Positions 30,612-40,862 of a stretch of 64,000 nucleotides of DNA are shown here, one piece after another. This DNA comes from an uncultured Desulfobacterales bacterium (GTDB taxonomy: Bacteria > Desulfobacterota > Desulfobacteria > Desulfobacterales > UBA11574). The stretch's first letter is position 1. Every line of letters begins with the position of its first letter. Position numbers and translations under genes: made by a program. The stretch is from NCBI GenBank assembly GCA_937998305.1, contig CALLDL010000120.1:6554-70553 (forward strand). Reading direction: 5' to 3'. A model generated the notes under the pieces. It searched no databases. It worked only from the letters and a program-made list of their open reading frames with translations, and had not been told where the DNA came from.

Positions 30612-31193
30612 ATGATACGATTAAATAAAGAAACTAAGTTGTTGGGTTATAATGGCGAAACGCTGATTAACAAAATCCGGCAGCGTACCGAGAACCTGTT
30701 CATGACTGGCCAACTGATGTGTTCCGAAGCAGTATTGACGGTATTGAATCAAGGTCTCAAGGGGGGATTATCGCCGGAGATCGCCGTTCGTATTACTTCC
30801 GGCCTCCCTGAAGGATTTGGAAAAAGCGGCTGCACTTGCGGCGCATTAAGTGCCGGTGTTATTGCCCTTGGGTTGTTTCTGGGTCGCAACGGTCCCGGTA
30901 TCCTGAACAACAGAACGGTTTACACCGCTTCCCGAGAACTCCACGAGCGGTTCAAAACAAAATTCGGCGCCACCTGCTGCCGGGTGCTGACAAAAAATAT
31001 CGAAGTCGGTACGAAGAGCCATTTTAGATTTTGTGCTCGGTATGCCGGAGAAATTTCTGATCAGACCGCACGTATTGTCCTTGACCATGAGCCGGAGCGA
31101 CTTGAACTGGCGGATTGGACGTATTTGAATCAAACAGATTCCAAAATGAGCGCAAGGATCAAACAACTCACCAACATATTTCGATCAAAATAA
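30612..31193 (+). CDS. C_GCAxxG_C_C-family putative redox protein
   Basis: MCSEAVL, GCTCGALSAG, ATCCRVL, FCARY. Confidence 0.85.
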   Translation: MIRLNKETKLLGYNGETLINKIRQRTENLFMTGQLMCSEAVLTVLNQGLKGGLSPEIAVRITSGLPEGFGKSGCTCGALSAGVIALGLFLGRNGPGILNNRTVYTASRELHERFKTKFGATCCRVLTKNIEVGTKSHFRFCARYAGEISDQTARIVLDHEPERLELADWTYLNQTDSKMSARIKQLTNIFRSK

Positions 31194-31330
31194 AACGCGT
31201 TTTTCCGGATCAGTCCATTTACTCCATCAAAACCGACAACGTGTTTTTTTAGCGAAAAAACCTTGACCGGCATTTAAAAGGGAAAGAATAATAAGGATAA
31301 TCCAAATAAAAATTTAGGAGCATATAGACA

Positions 31331-32389
31331 GTGAAACTGAACTTTTTTAAAAAACCGACACTGCTGAGCCTTTCAAAAACCTGTGGTTGAGCCGCTAAAA
31401 TCAACCCGGTCGGGCTTGGCAATTTGTTGGAGAATCTCCCGAAGAATAAAGATCCGAACTTGCTGGTGGGCTATGAAACCAGTGATGATGCCGGCGTTTA
31501 TCGATTGACTGATGATCTGGCCATAATAATGACGGCCGACTACATAACACCGCCGGTGAACGACCCGTATATATACGGTCAAATAGCGGCAGCCAACGCC
31601 ATCAGTGATGTCTACGCCATGGGCGGAAAACCCATCGCATGTCTCAACCTGGTCAGTTTTCCCTCTAAAAAGCTGCCTCCGGAAGTCCTTCACCAAATCG
31701 TGGCCGGAGCTCTGAGTAAGATTACCGAAGCCGATGCTGTATTGGCGGGAGGGCATTCCGTGGAAGACGATGAACCCAAATTCGGTCTGGCGGTAACCGG
31801 GATCGTGCATCCTGACAAACTTTGGACCAACCAGGGTGCTCAACCCGGGGATGTGCTGATTCTGACCAAACCCGTCGGGAGCGGTGTTTTGTTTAACGCC
31901 AATTTAAAAAAATGGGTTTCCAAAGAGGCCATGGAGACCTGTTTGTCAATTCTCATAACGCTCAATCGAACCGCTGCTGAGGTTATGTCCGGTTTTGATA
32001 TCCACGCCGCAACGGATGTCACTGGATTCGGATTGGCCGGGCACGGCTTTGAAATGGCCAAAGCATCCAGAGTGTGTTTGGAAATCAGTATCAAAGATCT
32101 GCCGATCATGGACGAGGCCCTGATGGTGTATAAAAAAGGAATGACCACCGGCGTAAATGCTTACAATCGGCAAATGGTAGAACAACATTTGTGGCTTGAG
32201 ACCGATTTATCCCCCTGGCACGAAGAAATCGTATTTGACCCACAAACCAACGGTGGTTTGCTTGTGGCGGTAGCGGAGAACCAGGGAGAAAATCTCGTCA
32301 ATGCCTTGCATGCCAAAGGAGTGACGGCTGCCAAAATCATCGGTGGTGTTCATGAACTTAAAGCGGGGATTCATTTGAAATTCAAGTAA
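31331..32389 (+). CDS. selD: Selenide, water dikinase SelD, selenocysteine-containing (UGA at 31388-31390)
   Basis: AGGAG then GTG 31331; reads ..SKTCG-U-AAKINP.. in frame with DDAGVY, GGHS, TDVTGFGLAGH, DPQTNGGLL; hairpin CCCGGTCGGG downstream of the UGA. Confidence 0.93.
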
Positions 32390-32542
32390 ATTAGATGCTG
32401 CTGTACCATTTTTACGATCTCGGTTGGCAATAATTATATACCCAAAAGTATCTTTCCATGTTTAATGAAAGAGGTCGATATCAGGATATGGATACTTTCC
32501 GTAAACTCAGATAGAAAAGAAATTTTTATACACCTATTAGAA

Positions 32543-32953
32543 CTACAGTCGTTCTATTTTTTCAGCGACGATTTTTGGCAAAGGGATTGCCTTCCAGGTG
32601 TGATCGATGGCAACGAAGGTAACGTTTCCCTCTGCCATCAACCGGGTTTCCGGCGGGCGGTAAAAGTGAAACTGAAAGACGATGGCCTTTTCTTTGATTT
32701 CTTTTATTGAAGTATGCATTTCAAGTAAATCGCCATAGTAGGCCGGGGCTATAAAACTGCAGTTGGCAGCCACTTTGGGCATGCCGTATTTTTCTTTTTT
32801 ATTACGAAAGAAGGTTTCCGGAGGTATGTCGATATACCGGAGAAATTCTTCAATCCCCTGATGGAAATAGCGAAAATAGGCGACAAAATAAACAACACCA
32901 TACGGATCAGTATCACCGAAGCGAACCTGTACTTTGGTTTTATGAATGAGCAT
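32543..32953 (-). CDS. 4HBT/YbgC-like acyl-CoA thioesterase
   Basis: VRFGDTDPYGVVYF hotdog-fold motif. Confidence 0.88.
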   Translation of the reverse strand: MLIHKTKVQVRFGDTDPYGVVYFVAYFRYFHQGIEEFLRYIDIPPETFFRNKKEKYGMPKVAANCSFIAPAYYGDLLEMHTSIKEIKEKAIVFQFHFYRPPETRLMAEGNVTFVAIDHTWKAIPLPKIVAEKIERL

Positions 32954-33027
32954 GTCATACCTCCTGTGGGTGATGAAATAACTATTTCCTTGATAAAATT
33001 ATTGGGTGTCCATAAATTAAAGGGGTC

Positions 33028-33927
33028 ATGATGCGATTTGTTAAATGTTTTTTTCTGATCTGCTTTTTTATTCTTATCGGCGCAAGCCAAACCCCCAGAG
33101 CTGCTGAAAACATCGATGTCGATCTGGTCAGATTGCAAACCGAAGACGGCGTAAGGCTAACCGGTATTTTACGCCAGCCCCGTATGGCCAAAGCAAAAGC
33201 CTGCGTGGTGTTGATTCACGGTTACAGCGGCAACTTTTACTCAGGCATTATGGGCTTTCTTCCAGAAACCCTGACAGATAGAGGATTTGCCACTTTGGCG
33301 CTCAACATGCGTGATCATGATCGGGGTCCTAAAAAAAACCGGTTTGAAGAAAACCGTTATAACATTGCGTTAGCCGTCGATAAAATGGCCTAGCTGGGTT
33401 ATTATTCTATATTCCTTTACGGCCACAGTATGGGTACCAACCGGGTGCTATATTACATTGCAGCAACCCAGGATCCCAGAATTAAAGGCATACTTCTAAC
33501 CGGTCCTCCGGGCAATCTTTTCGAGTGGAATATCAGTGTGTTCGGACCTGAGACGGCAAACAGCGTCCTCCATCAGGCCCAGGACCTGGTGGCAAAAGGT
33601 AAAGGAGATCAATGGATGCTGATCAATCTGGGGCCTTTGGGCAAAGCGCTTTATACCGCCAATCATGTTGTAAGCCTCAGGGGCCCGAAAACCGTATCTG
33701 ATCCCTACAAAAACATTTCCAGTATTTTTCAACCCATACTCGTTGTCCACGGCCTTGCTGATCGCCTGGCCAATCCCGATGTAGCTGACCGCCTCCGAAA
33801 CAGTGCAACGCCTAAGACAAATGTTACGGTTGTTAAAATTCCCGGTGCCAACCACCGTTTCAGTAATCACCGAGAAAAACTTGCAAGCATTGTAACCCGA
33901 TGGATGCTTGAGCATCTGAGTCACTAG
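33028..33927 (+). pseudogene. Exported alpha/beta hydrolase interrupted by an in-frame TAG (33391-33393)
   Basis: LIHGYSGNF before the TAG; the same frame continues LGYYSIFLYGHSMGT..VVHGLAD..GANHRF. Confidence 0.75.
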
Positions 33928-33933
33928 TTCGGG

Positions 33934-34509
33934 CTAATATGACTGTTCAAGATCGCTGATAAGATTTTTAATTTCTGATCTGTTTAATTTAAGTTTAACT
34001 TTTCCTCCGCCCGGATGTGCGAGACTTAACGTACAACCTTCGTTGCTTTTTATTACCGCCCATTTTTGTCCCTTTGGAAGTACAAGAGATTTGTCCAGCC
34101 AGTCGTCGGGACTGAACTCGGCAATCTGAATCAGAACACCAAAAGCATCTTTGGGATGAATAAAGATCTCTTTCCAAAAGTCGCCGTATTCGTTATGCCC
34201 GAAATAAGGAATGTTGTGATCTTCGAGCTTTCGAATCGCATTTTGAATATCCGGGGTTTGCAGGGAGATATGATGAAGGCCCCCGTTGTTATTTTTCTTT
34301 AGGAACTTTGTCAAAAAAGTTTTTTTCTCAAGTGGGGTTATAAGCTCGAGACGTGAAAGATCGCCAAATGAAAAAATCTGCCAATGATATTTCATATCAT
34401 TATTTCGATCACCAGCACCGAAGACCGCCCCAAGTATGTCTTTAAAAAAATGGAGCGCTGCCGGATAATCTTTCACGGCGATTGAAATATGATCGATCCT
34501 TGAAATCAT
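33934..34509 (-). CDS. VOC-family protein (methylmalonyl-CoA epimerase-like)
   Basis: IDHISIAV, LELITP, GGLHHISL, FIHPKDAFGVLIQIAE. Confidence 0.85.
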   Translation of the reverse strand: MISRIDHISIAVKDYPAALHFFKDILGAVFGAGDRNNDMKYHWQIFSFGDLSRLELITPLEKKTFLTKFLKKNNNGGLHHISLQTPDIQNAIRKLEDHNIPYFGHNEYGDFWKEIFIHPKDAFGVLIQIAEFSPDDWLDKSLVLPKGQKWAVIKSNEGCTLSLAHPGGGKVKLKLNRSEIKNLISDLEQSY

Positions 34510-34527
34510 TTTACATTTTTAAAAAGA

Positions 34528-35328
34528 TTAAGAAATCTCCTTTAGACTGTTGCGAACTTGTGTATAAATGCCTGGGGCCATAACCAGAAGGCGGTCATTG
34601 ATCTTTTGGCCGTCCAGATATTCATTGAGAAAAAAGTCGTTTCCATCTAACTTACAGATCTTTCCGCCTGCCGCCTCAAGAATAATACCGGCTGCAGCAA
34701 GATCCTGATACGATTCATTCTCAATTACAGCCGCTTCGGCGCGACCCGTTGCAACATAACAAATGTGAGCACCGGTGCACCCCAAATCGCGAATTTTCCC
34801 CGGAAATGTTGAACGATAACGTTGATGAAATCGTGAATACGTAAAAAGAAGGCTCTCGTCATTAATGTTTTTCTTGCTCGAAACGCGAATTTCCTTATCT
34901 CCCAAGAAAGCTTTTTGATCCGCCCGTGCGTGAAAAAGATCGCCGGTTGCCGGCATATAGAACACCCCGAAAATAGGCCAGAAATTTTCTATCAGTGCAA
35001 GGGAAGTTCCCCATATCGGAATTCCCGCCTGAAAATTGGCCACCCCATCTAATGGATCATAAATCCAGATATATCGCTTTCCATCATGGGTGTAGTCTCT
35101 GTTCACCTGATTGTTTTTAAATACCTGATGTTCAGGAAAATGGTTGTCAAGTTGATCCTGAAAAAAATTCATTAAATGGGAATCCGCTTCTGTGACGAGC
35201 TCTTCATCAAATTTGATGCGACGATCTCCCTTACCATAATAGGAAAGTGCTTCCTCCCCGGAACGTCGAATCACTTCCACTGCGAACTGTGTTAAATCTT
35301 CAATCCCATGACGTTTAATTTCAGCCAC
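34528..35328 (-). CDS. Inositol monophosphatase family protein
   Basis: LVTEAD, WIYDPLDGVANF, QDLAAAGIILEAAGG; GTG 35328 follows GGGGG. Confidence 0.85.
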   Translation of the reverse strand: MAEIKRHGIEDLTQFAVEVIRRSGEEALSYYGKGDRRIKFDEELVTEADSHLMNFFQDQLDNHFPEHQVFKNNQVNRDYTHDGKRYIWIYDPLDGVANFQAGIPIWGTSLALIENFWPIFGVFYMPATGDLFHARADQKAFLGDKEIRVSSKKNINDESLLFTYSRFHQRYRSTFPGKIRDLGCTGAHICYVATGRAEAAVIENESYQDLAAAGIILEAAGGKICKLDGNDFFLNEYLDGQKINDRLLVMAPGIYTQVRNSLKEIS

Positions 35329-35389
35329 CTTACCCCCTTGTTTGGTCGTATCCGCGGGTCGAAACTTATTGTGGATGGCAATAAATGTG

Positions 35390-35692
35390 TTAAAATTCGC
35401 CCAGCGGTCGTTTGAATGTAAAATCGCCAGGTTCTTTGACCAATTTTTGGGATGCCTGTTTGGTATTTCCACCTATAGCTGAAAAGGGAAGGGATACAAT
35501 AAAGACGGCAAAACCCAAAACGGTTGCGACGATTCCCAAAGGCCTGACAAGAAGAAGATCAGCGGTCATTAGGGCGCCGCTGTTTTCCTCATCTAGCGTC
35601 TGTCCTTGTGCAAGGACAGACGTTCCGAATGGGATAAAAACAAGGGTTATAATTAACAATAGCACCGTGGATTGTTTTGTAATTTTATTCAT
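35390..35692 (-). CDS. Small exported/membrane hypothetical protein
   Basis: AGGAGG RBS; signal peptide; ADLLLVRPLG..SLPFS..TFKRPLGEF. Confidence 0.75.
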   Translation of the reverse strand: MNKITKQSTVLLLIITLVFIPFGTSVLAQGQTLDEENSGALMTADLLLVRPLGIVATVLGFAVFIVSLPFSAIGGNTKQASQKLVKEPGDFTFKRPLGEF

Positions 35693-36032
35693 GATTTCCT
35701 CCTTTAGGTTGGTTTGCTATCTATTAAAATGTTTCTTTATTAAAGTCGGTGCTTGAAACGTTCCGGTACGGACCGTTTGGGCATGAATGTTTTGGGCGTT
35801 TGAATAAGCCAAGGTCTTTAAAACAGGGTTGTTCATGACTGATTTAGAGATGGTTGAAAAACATTTGTATTAAGGCTATAGTGTTCAAAAGAAAATATTT
35901 AAGAAAAATCTAATTTTCACAGACAGTTTGCATATTACAGATTAGAAAAAAGCTGATGAAGTGTCAAGAAAAAAGCCTTCATCTCACATCGGTTTTGCTG
36001 CTTATAAAAGGAATTCAGACGGACTGAAAGAA

Positions 36033-38474
36033 ATGACAACGGTATCATCTTGTATAGAAGTCGCCATCGCCTTGCCGGTATACAGCACATATGTTTACAG
36101 CGTTCCAAAAAACCTGTTAGCGCTGGTTTCGACAGGGAAAAGAGTTCTTGTACCATTTGGCCGGCGCAGAGTAACGGGATACATTCTGGGTGCATGCAAA
36201 AAATCGGATCAGGGGAAGATAAAAAATATTCTTGATATTCTTGATGAAGAGCCGCTTTTCCCTTCAAGTATGATACATTTTTTCCGATGGACGGCTGATT
36301 ACTACCTGCATCCCATCGGAGATGTTATCAAATGTGCACTGCCTGCTGGACTTAATGTTTATGATTTTGCCGCCATTGCCATTACGAAAAAGGGAGAAGA
36401 AGCCCTTTCCAGGAATTTTCTTACACCTTTGGAAAGGGAAGTCTTAAACTTGTTAAAGGGAGAGTCTTGTGGATTAAAAAAACTTCGCGAAAAACTTAAC
36501 AACAAAATTCCTAATGCCTTAATCTATGCCATGCAACATCAAGGGTTCATTGTTCATGAACGGGAGTTAAAAGGCGGGATCATAAAACCAAAAATACAAA
36601 GGCATGTGTCATTGATCGATTCAAATATCCCTATGGGCAATCTATCTGCGTCAAAACAAAAGATCATTGAAGCAATCAGAAGCCAGGGTGAAGTCAGCGT
36701 AAGCAAACTAAAAAAACTTGTTCCATCTGCTCCGAAATTAATAAAGCATTTAGAAGCGGACAGGTATATTTCTATTTTTAATAAACAGGTTTATCGTGAT
36801 CCTCTTGGTGAATTTATAAAACCTGATACACCCCACAGGCTTAATGGAGAACAAAACCGTGTAGTCTCAAAAGTGATAAGGACTCTTGGTGGAAAATTTA
36901 GTACCTGGCTTTTAACCGGCGTTACCGGAAGCGGTAAGACAGAAGTTTACATGCATATTGCAGCAAAGGCGATTGACTCGGGTTATAGCGTTCTGGTTCT
37001 GGTTCCTGAAATTGCCCTTATATCCCAGACGGAAAGGCGATTCAGGGCACGCTTTGGTGATCGTGTTGCTATTCTTCACAGCGGACTTTCTGCTGGAGAG
37101 CGTTACGATCAGTGGGTACGTATTGCAAGGGGTGAAGTTTCCATCACCATTGGTGCCAGATCCGCTGTTTTTGCACCCTTAACGAATATTGGCATTATTA
37201 TCGTTGATGAAGAACATGACACATCTTACAAGCAGGATAGCCGTTTGAGATACAATGCCAGAGATCTTGCCGTGGTAAGGGCAAAGCAACAGAACGCTGT
37301 GGCACTTCTGGGGTCTGCCACGCCTTCAATACAATCCTATTATAATGTAAAAACAGATAAGTTCAAGGGGGTTACATTAACACAGCGGGTTGAAAAAAGA
37401 TCGCTCCCCAAGGTAACAGTTGTTGATCTTCGTAAAAGCAGAGATGTTCGGGGAAGTCGACGGTTTATCACTTCGGAGCTTTATGAAGCAATGGAAGCGA
37501 CACTTGGACGCGGTGAGCAGGCGCTCCTTTTTTTGAACCGGCGTGGCTTTGCCAGCTATCCGGTTTGCTCAGCCTGCGGTGAAGCGATACGATGTAAAAA
37601 TTGTGATATTTCTTTGACATTGCATCAAAAGGCCAATGCATACAAATGCCATTACTGTGGATTTACACGAGCGTCAGCATCGAACTGCATTTCCTGCGGG
37701 TCCTCTAAGATCATGCTTTTAGGGCTTGGGACCGAAAAAGTCGAGGCGGCGGTAAAGATGCTTTTCCCTCAGGCCTCAGTCGCCAGAATGGATCGTGACA
37801 CGACGCGACGCAAAGGATCAATGATAAAGATACTTAAAGGTTTAAGAAACCGGACCATTGATGTTCTGGTGGGGACTCAGATGGTGGCTAAAGGTCATGA
37901 CTTTCCAAACATTACCCTTGTTGGTATTATCTGTGCGGACCTCTCTTTGAATTTTCCTGATTTTCGAGCCGGAGAACGTACATTTCAGCTGCTGGCCCAG
38001 GTTGCCGGACGCGCCGGGCGAGGGGTTGTGCCCGGACGTGTTATTCTGCAGACGTATAACCCGGATCATTTCAGCATTTTATCTGCAACCGAGCAGGACT
38101 TGAAGCCGTTTTACAAGGTCGAGATCGGGTTTCGAAAGAGCCTGAATTATCCTCCATTTTCCAGAGTGGTTCAGATTAAAATATCTGGAAAAAACAAAGA
38201 AAAGACCCGGCAGCATGCCCAGACTGTAGGAGATCTTTGCAATACATTAAAACAAAAGAACAGATCGTTATCAAGGTCCCTTGAAATATTGGGGCCCATT
38301 GAAGCACCGCTTTTCAAGATTGCAAAAAAATACCGGTGGCAGATCCTTTTAAAAGGTTTGGAGGTCAAACCGCTCCACCGATTTCTTAATAATTTATGGC
38401 TCGAGAACAGAGCACTAATAAACCGGCGCGATGTCAAGGTCGTCCTTGATGTAGATCCGATTTTTATGATGTAA
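36033..38474 (+). CDS. priA: Primosomal protein N'
   Basis: GVTGSGKTEVY, VDEEHD, GSATPS, paired CxxC zinc motifs, GTQMVAKGHDF, QVAGRAGR. Confidence 0.97.
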   Translation: MTTVSSCIEVAIALPVYSTYVYSVPKNLLALVSTGKRVLVPFGRRRVTGYILGACKKSDQGKIKNILDILDEEPLFPSSMIHFFRWTADYYLHPIGDVIKCALPAGLNVYDFAAIAITKKGEEALSRNFLTPLEREVLNLLKGESCGLKKLREKLNNKIPNALIYAMQHQGFIVHERELKGGIIKPKIQRHVSLIDSNIPMGNLSASKQKIIEAIRSQGEVSVSKLKKLVPSAPKLIKHLEADRYISIFNKQVYRDPLGEFIKPDTPHRLNGEQNRVVSKVIRTLGGKFSTWLLTGVTGSGKTEVYMHIAAKAIDSGYSVLVLVPEIALISQTERRFRARFGDRVAILHSGLSAGERYDQWVRIARGEVSITIGARSAVFAPLTNIGIIIVDEEHDTSYKQDSRLRYNARDLAVVRAKQQNAVALLGSATPSIQSYYNVKTDKFKGVTLTQRVEKRSLPKVTVVDLRKSRDVRGSRRFITSELYEAMEATLGRGEQALLFLNRRGFASYPVCSACGEAIRCKNCDISLTLHQKANAYKCHYCGFTRASASNCISCGSSKIMLLGLGTEKVEAAVKMLFPQASVARMDRDTTRRKGSMIKILKGLRNRTIDVLVGTQMVAKGHDFPNITLVGIICADLSLNFPDFRAGERTFQLLAQVAGRAGRGVVPGRVILQTYNPDHFSILSATEQDLKPFYKVEIGFRKSLNYPPFSRVVQIKISGKNKEKTRQHAQTVGDLCNTLKQKNRSLSRSLEILGPIEAPLFKIAKKYRWQILLKGLEVKPLHRFLNNLWLENRALINRRDVKVVLDVDPIFMM

Positions 38475-38623
38475 AATTAAAATAAAAAGATGCGCCTTGA
38501 CATTCTATATAATGCACCTTAAATAAGCTGTTCATGCCTTGGCAGCTTGATGGTTGCTGAGGTCGTGAATCGGATGTTTGAGTCAATATGAACCGGCCAA
38601 TTTTTTTTAAGGACATTTTTAAC

Positions 38624-39355
38624 ATGAAACTTAAACTTATTTTCATCTTTTTCGCCGCTATTTGTATTATGTCTTTTAATAGCGGCGCATTCGGCGCTTC
38701 GAAACAAACACCTCCATCACCTTCTGTCGTTGTACCCGAAAGCCGGTACACATTCCCCACAGTTATAGATGGTACTGAAGTCACACATGATTTTATCATA
38801 CAAAACAAAGGAGACGCGCCGCTTGCGATTGAAAAAGTCAAAACCGGCTGAGGGTGTACCGCTGTCTCATATCCGAGACAGATCCCTCCCGGCGGTGAGG
38901 GAAAAATTGTTATTAAAGTCGATACAGCGGGATACGGCGGAAAAACACTCACCAAAAAAATAACGGTCAAAACCAATTCTCTGAAACATTCTGTGCTCTA
39001 TTTGACCATTATGGGAAATGTTGAACAATTTGTTGACATTGTTCCAAAGAGAGTTGTTTTGCGTGGTTTTGCAGGCAATCCAATAAAAGCAAAGGTGAAG
39101 ATCATTCCGAAAGATAAGTATCCATTCACAATTAAAAAAGCTAAGGCAACCAATACAAAAAACATTGCCTTCACACTGGATGAAACTAAAAGCTCAGAAA
39201 AAACGGAATATGTTCTAACGGTTGAAAATCTGAAAAAAACCAAGGGGCGCTATGTTGACGCCATAAAATTAAAAACAGACAGCAAGATACGTCCCGAAAT
39301 TAAAATCCATGTTATCGGGAACATTCTCGACAGGCCGAAAAACGAAAAACAATAA
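38624..39355 (+). CDS. Exported DUF1573-like Ig-fold selenoprotein (U-G-C motif; UGA at 38849-38851)
   Basis: ORFs 38588-38851 and 38993-39355 share one frame: HDFIIQNKGDAPLAIEKVKTG-U-GCTAVSYPRQIPPGGEGKI..; UGA occupies the first Cys of the family CGC motif. Confidence 0.8.
38850..38889 (+). promoter_or_regulatory. SECIS-like hairpin
   Basis: CTGTCTC-ATATCC-GAGACAG stem (38862-38881) starting 11 nt after the UGA, with outer GAGGG/CCCTC pairing. Confidence 0.55.
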
Positions 39356-39357
39356 AG

Positions 39358-39984
39358 ATGGAAAATATCAAAGTTGTCGCTTTTGACTGTGATGGCGTCA
39401 TGTTTGATACAACGAAAGCAAACAAGGCGTATTATAACGAAATATTGCAGCATTTCGGTCGGCCAACCTTGACCCCCGATCAGTTTGCGTATTGTCACAG
39501 CCACACCGCAGACCAATCGATTGAACGCCTGTTTAGTGATGCAAAAAGCTTCAGGGAAGCTCAGAATTATCGAAAAAATATGAGTTATGTTCCGTTTTTA
39601 AGATATATGGTTTTGGAACCCTATTTAAAACCTCTGCTCGAAAAACTCAGACCCAGATACAAGACTGCCATTGCGACAAACCGATCGAACACAATGGATC
39701 GGGTTCTTAGCGCACATGGTCTGGAAGAATATTTTGACCTGGTTGTTAGTTCCAATGACGTCGATCGCCCCAAACCTTATCCGGACCCGCTGATCAAAAT
39801 TCTGGAACATTTTGAAATAGAAGCATATAATACCTTATATGTGGGAGATTCGGAACTTGACGAAATTGCTGCAAAAGCGGCGGGTGTGCCGTTTGTGGCG
39901 TATCAAAACAGATCTCTTTCCGCCAATTTTCATATCAAGAGCTTAAAAGAAATTGCTCAGATACTTGATATAAAAATAGCGTAA
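39358..39984 (+). CDS. HAD-superfamily hydrolase (phosphoglycolate phosphatase-like)
   Basis: FDCDGVMFDT, IATNR, KPYPDP, YVGDSELD. Confidence 0.88.
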   Translation: MENIKVVAFDCDGVMFDTTKANKAYYNEILQHFGRPTLTPDQFAYCHSHTADQSIERLFSDAKSFREAQNYRKNMSYVPFLRYMVLEPYLKPLLEKLRPRYKTAIATNRSNTMDRVLSAHGLEEYFDLVVSSNDVDRPKPYPDPLIKILEHFEIEAYNTLYVGDSELDEIAAKAAGVPFVAYQNRSLSANFHIKSLKEIAQILDIKIA

Positions 39985-40003
39985 CAATTTTTAATGTTTT
40001 TCA

Positions 40004-40356
40004 ATGCAAATTATAACCGATGTTGTTAAAGACGCACAAAAAGCCGCCGATTTCATCTTCATGAAAGCGGCCCTGCTTGTTGTTGTCGTTGTTTTAGCCC
40101 TTTGTTGTGACGGGTTAAAAATAATTCATATTCTAAAGAACCTTTACAAAACATTCCCATCGGAGACACGGTTCAAGGTGATGTGGACGACGGATTATGG
40201 GACGGTCCGATTCTTTTTTACAAAGGAAACGGAAAGCCCATTCACCTGATCCTGGTGGAGAAGGCCCTCCAAAAGCTTCACTTATATTTCTATGACGGTC
40301 GCTACCAGTTAATAAAGAGCTATGATTGCAGTACCGGAGAACAGCCCGGGAAAAGA
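40004..40356 (+). pseudogene. Frameshifted, truncated L,D-transpeptidase (YkuD-like) remnant
   Basis: Signal-like MKAALLVVVVVLAL in one frame; ILVEKALQKLHLY..LIKSYDCSTGEQPGK in another; coding similarity stops at the repeat element. Confidence 0.55.
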
Positions 40357-40616
40357 CCTTATGGTATTACTCAGGCGGGAGTGGAGCGAGGAATGATGGA
40401 GCGTACGTATTCACGGGGTGCGCTCCCCCGCTTCACTCCGGCGTCTACGTGTCCGGTTATTTCAATGACTTAGCATCGGTGGCATTCCTGCCCCTTCCAC
40501 GTTCTCCCGCGAAAAGCATGCGGGAGCCGCGGTCTCCCCTACTGCTAAGTCATTGAAATAAAGAAGCCACTCCGCCAATATCGTTACACGGGGAAGCGCA
40601 CCTCGTGATATGTACG
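40357..40616. mobile_element. Large nested palindromic MITE-like element
   Basis: Paired arms TCACGGGGTGCGCTCCCCCG / CGGGGAAGCGCACCTCGTGA and ATTTCAATGACTTAGCA / TGCTAAGTCATTGAAAT; partial second copy at 26569. Confidence 0.65.
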
Positions 40617-40637
40617 ATTGATAGGTGTATGGGAGGT

Positions 40638-40862
40638 TTATTGATTTCCGAATCCGTTATTTGCACCGCAATCCGGGCACCCCCAGGTTATTCCGTTGCA
40701 TGACATACCCCAGAAATTTTCCATCATGCATTCCTGACAAATAGCGAAGTCGCAACGGCATCTCCAGCAAAAAGGTGGATTTTTCCTGCAACAATGACAT
40801 CCGATTTGCCGGGCTCTATGACGTCTTTGCCTATAAGATGTTTTTTTTACAGAGTCTGTCAT
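40638..40862 (-). CDS. Small Cys-rich putative zinc-finger protein
   Basis: CHCC..CWRCRC..ICQEC..C..WGCPDCG, 11 Cys in 74 aa; overlaps the 3' end of the upstream gene. Confidence 0.7.
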   Translation of the reverse strand: MTDSVKKTSYRQRRHRARQIGCHCCRKNPPFCWRCRCDFAICQECMMENFWGMSCNGITWGCPDCGANNGFGNQ

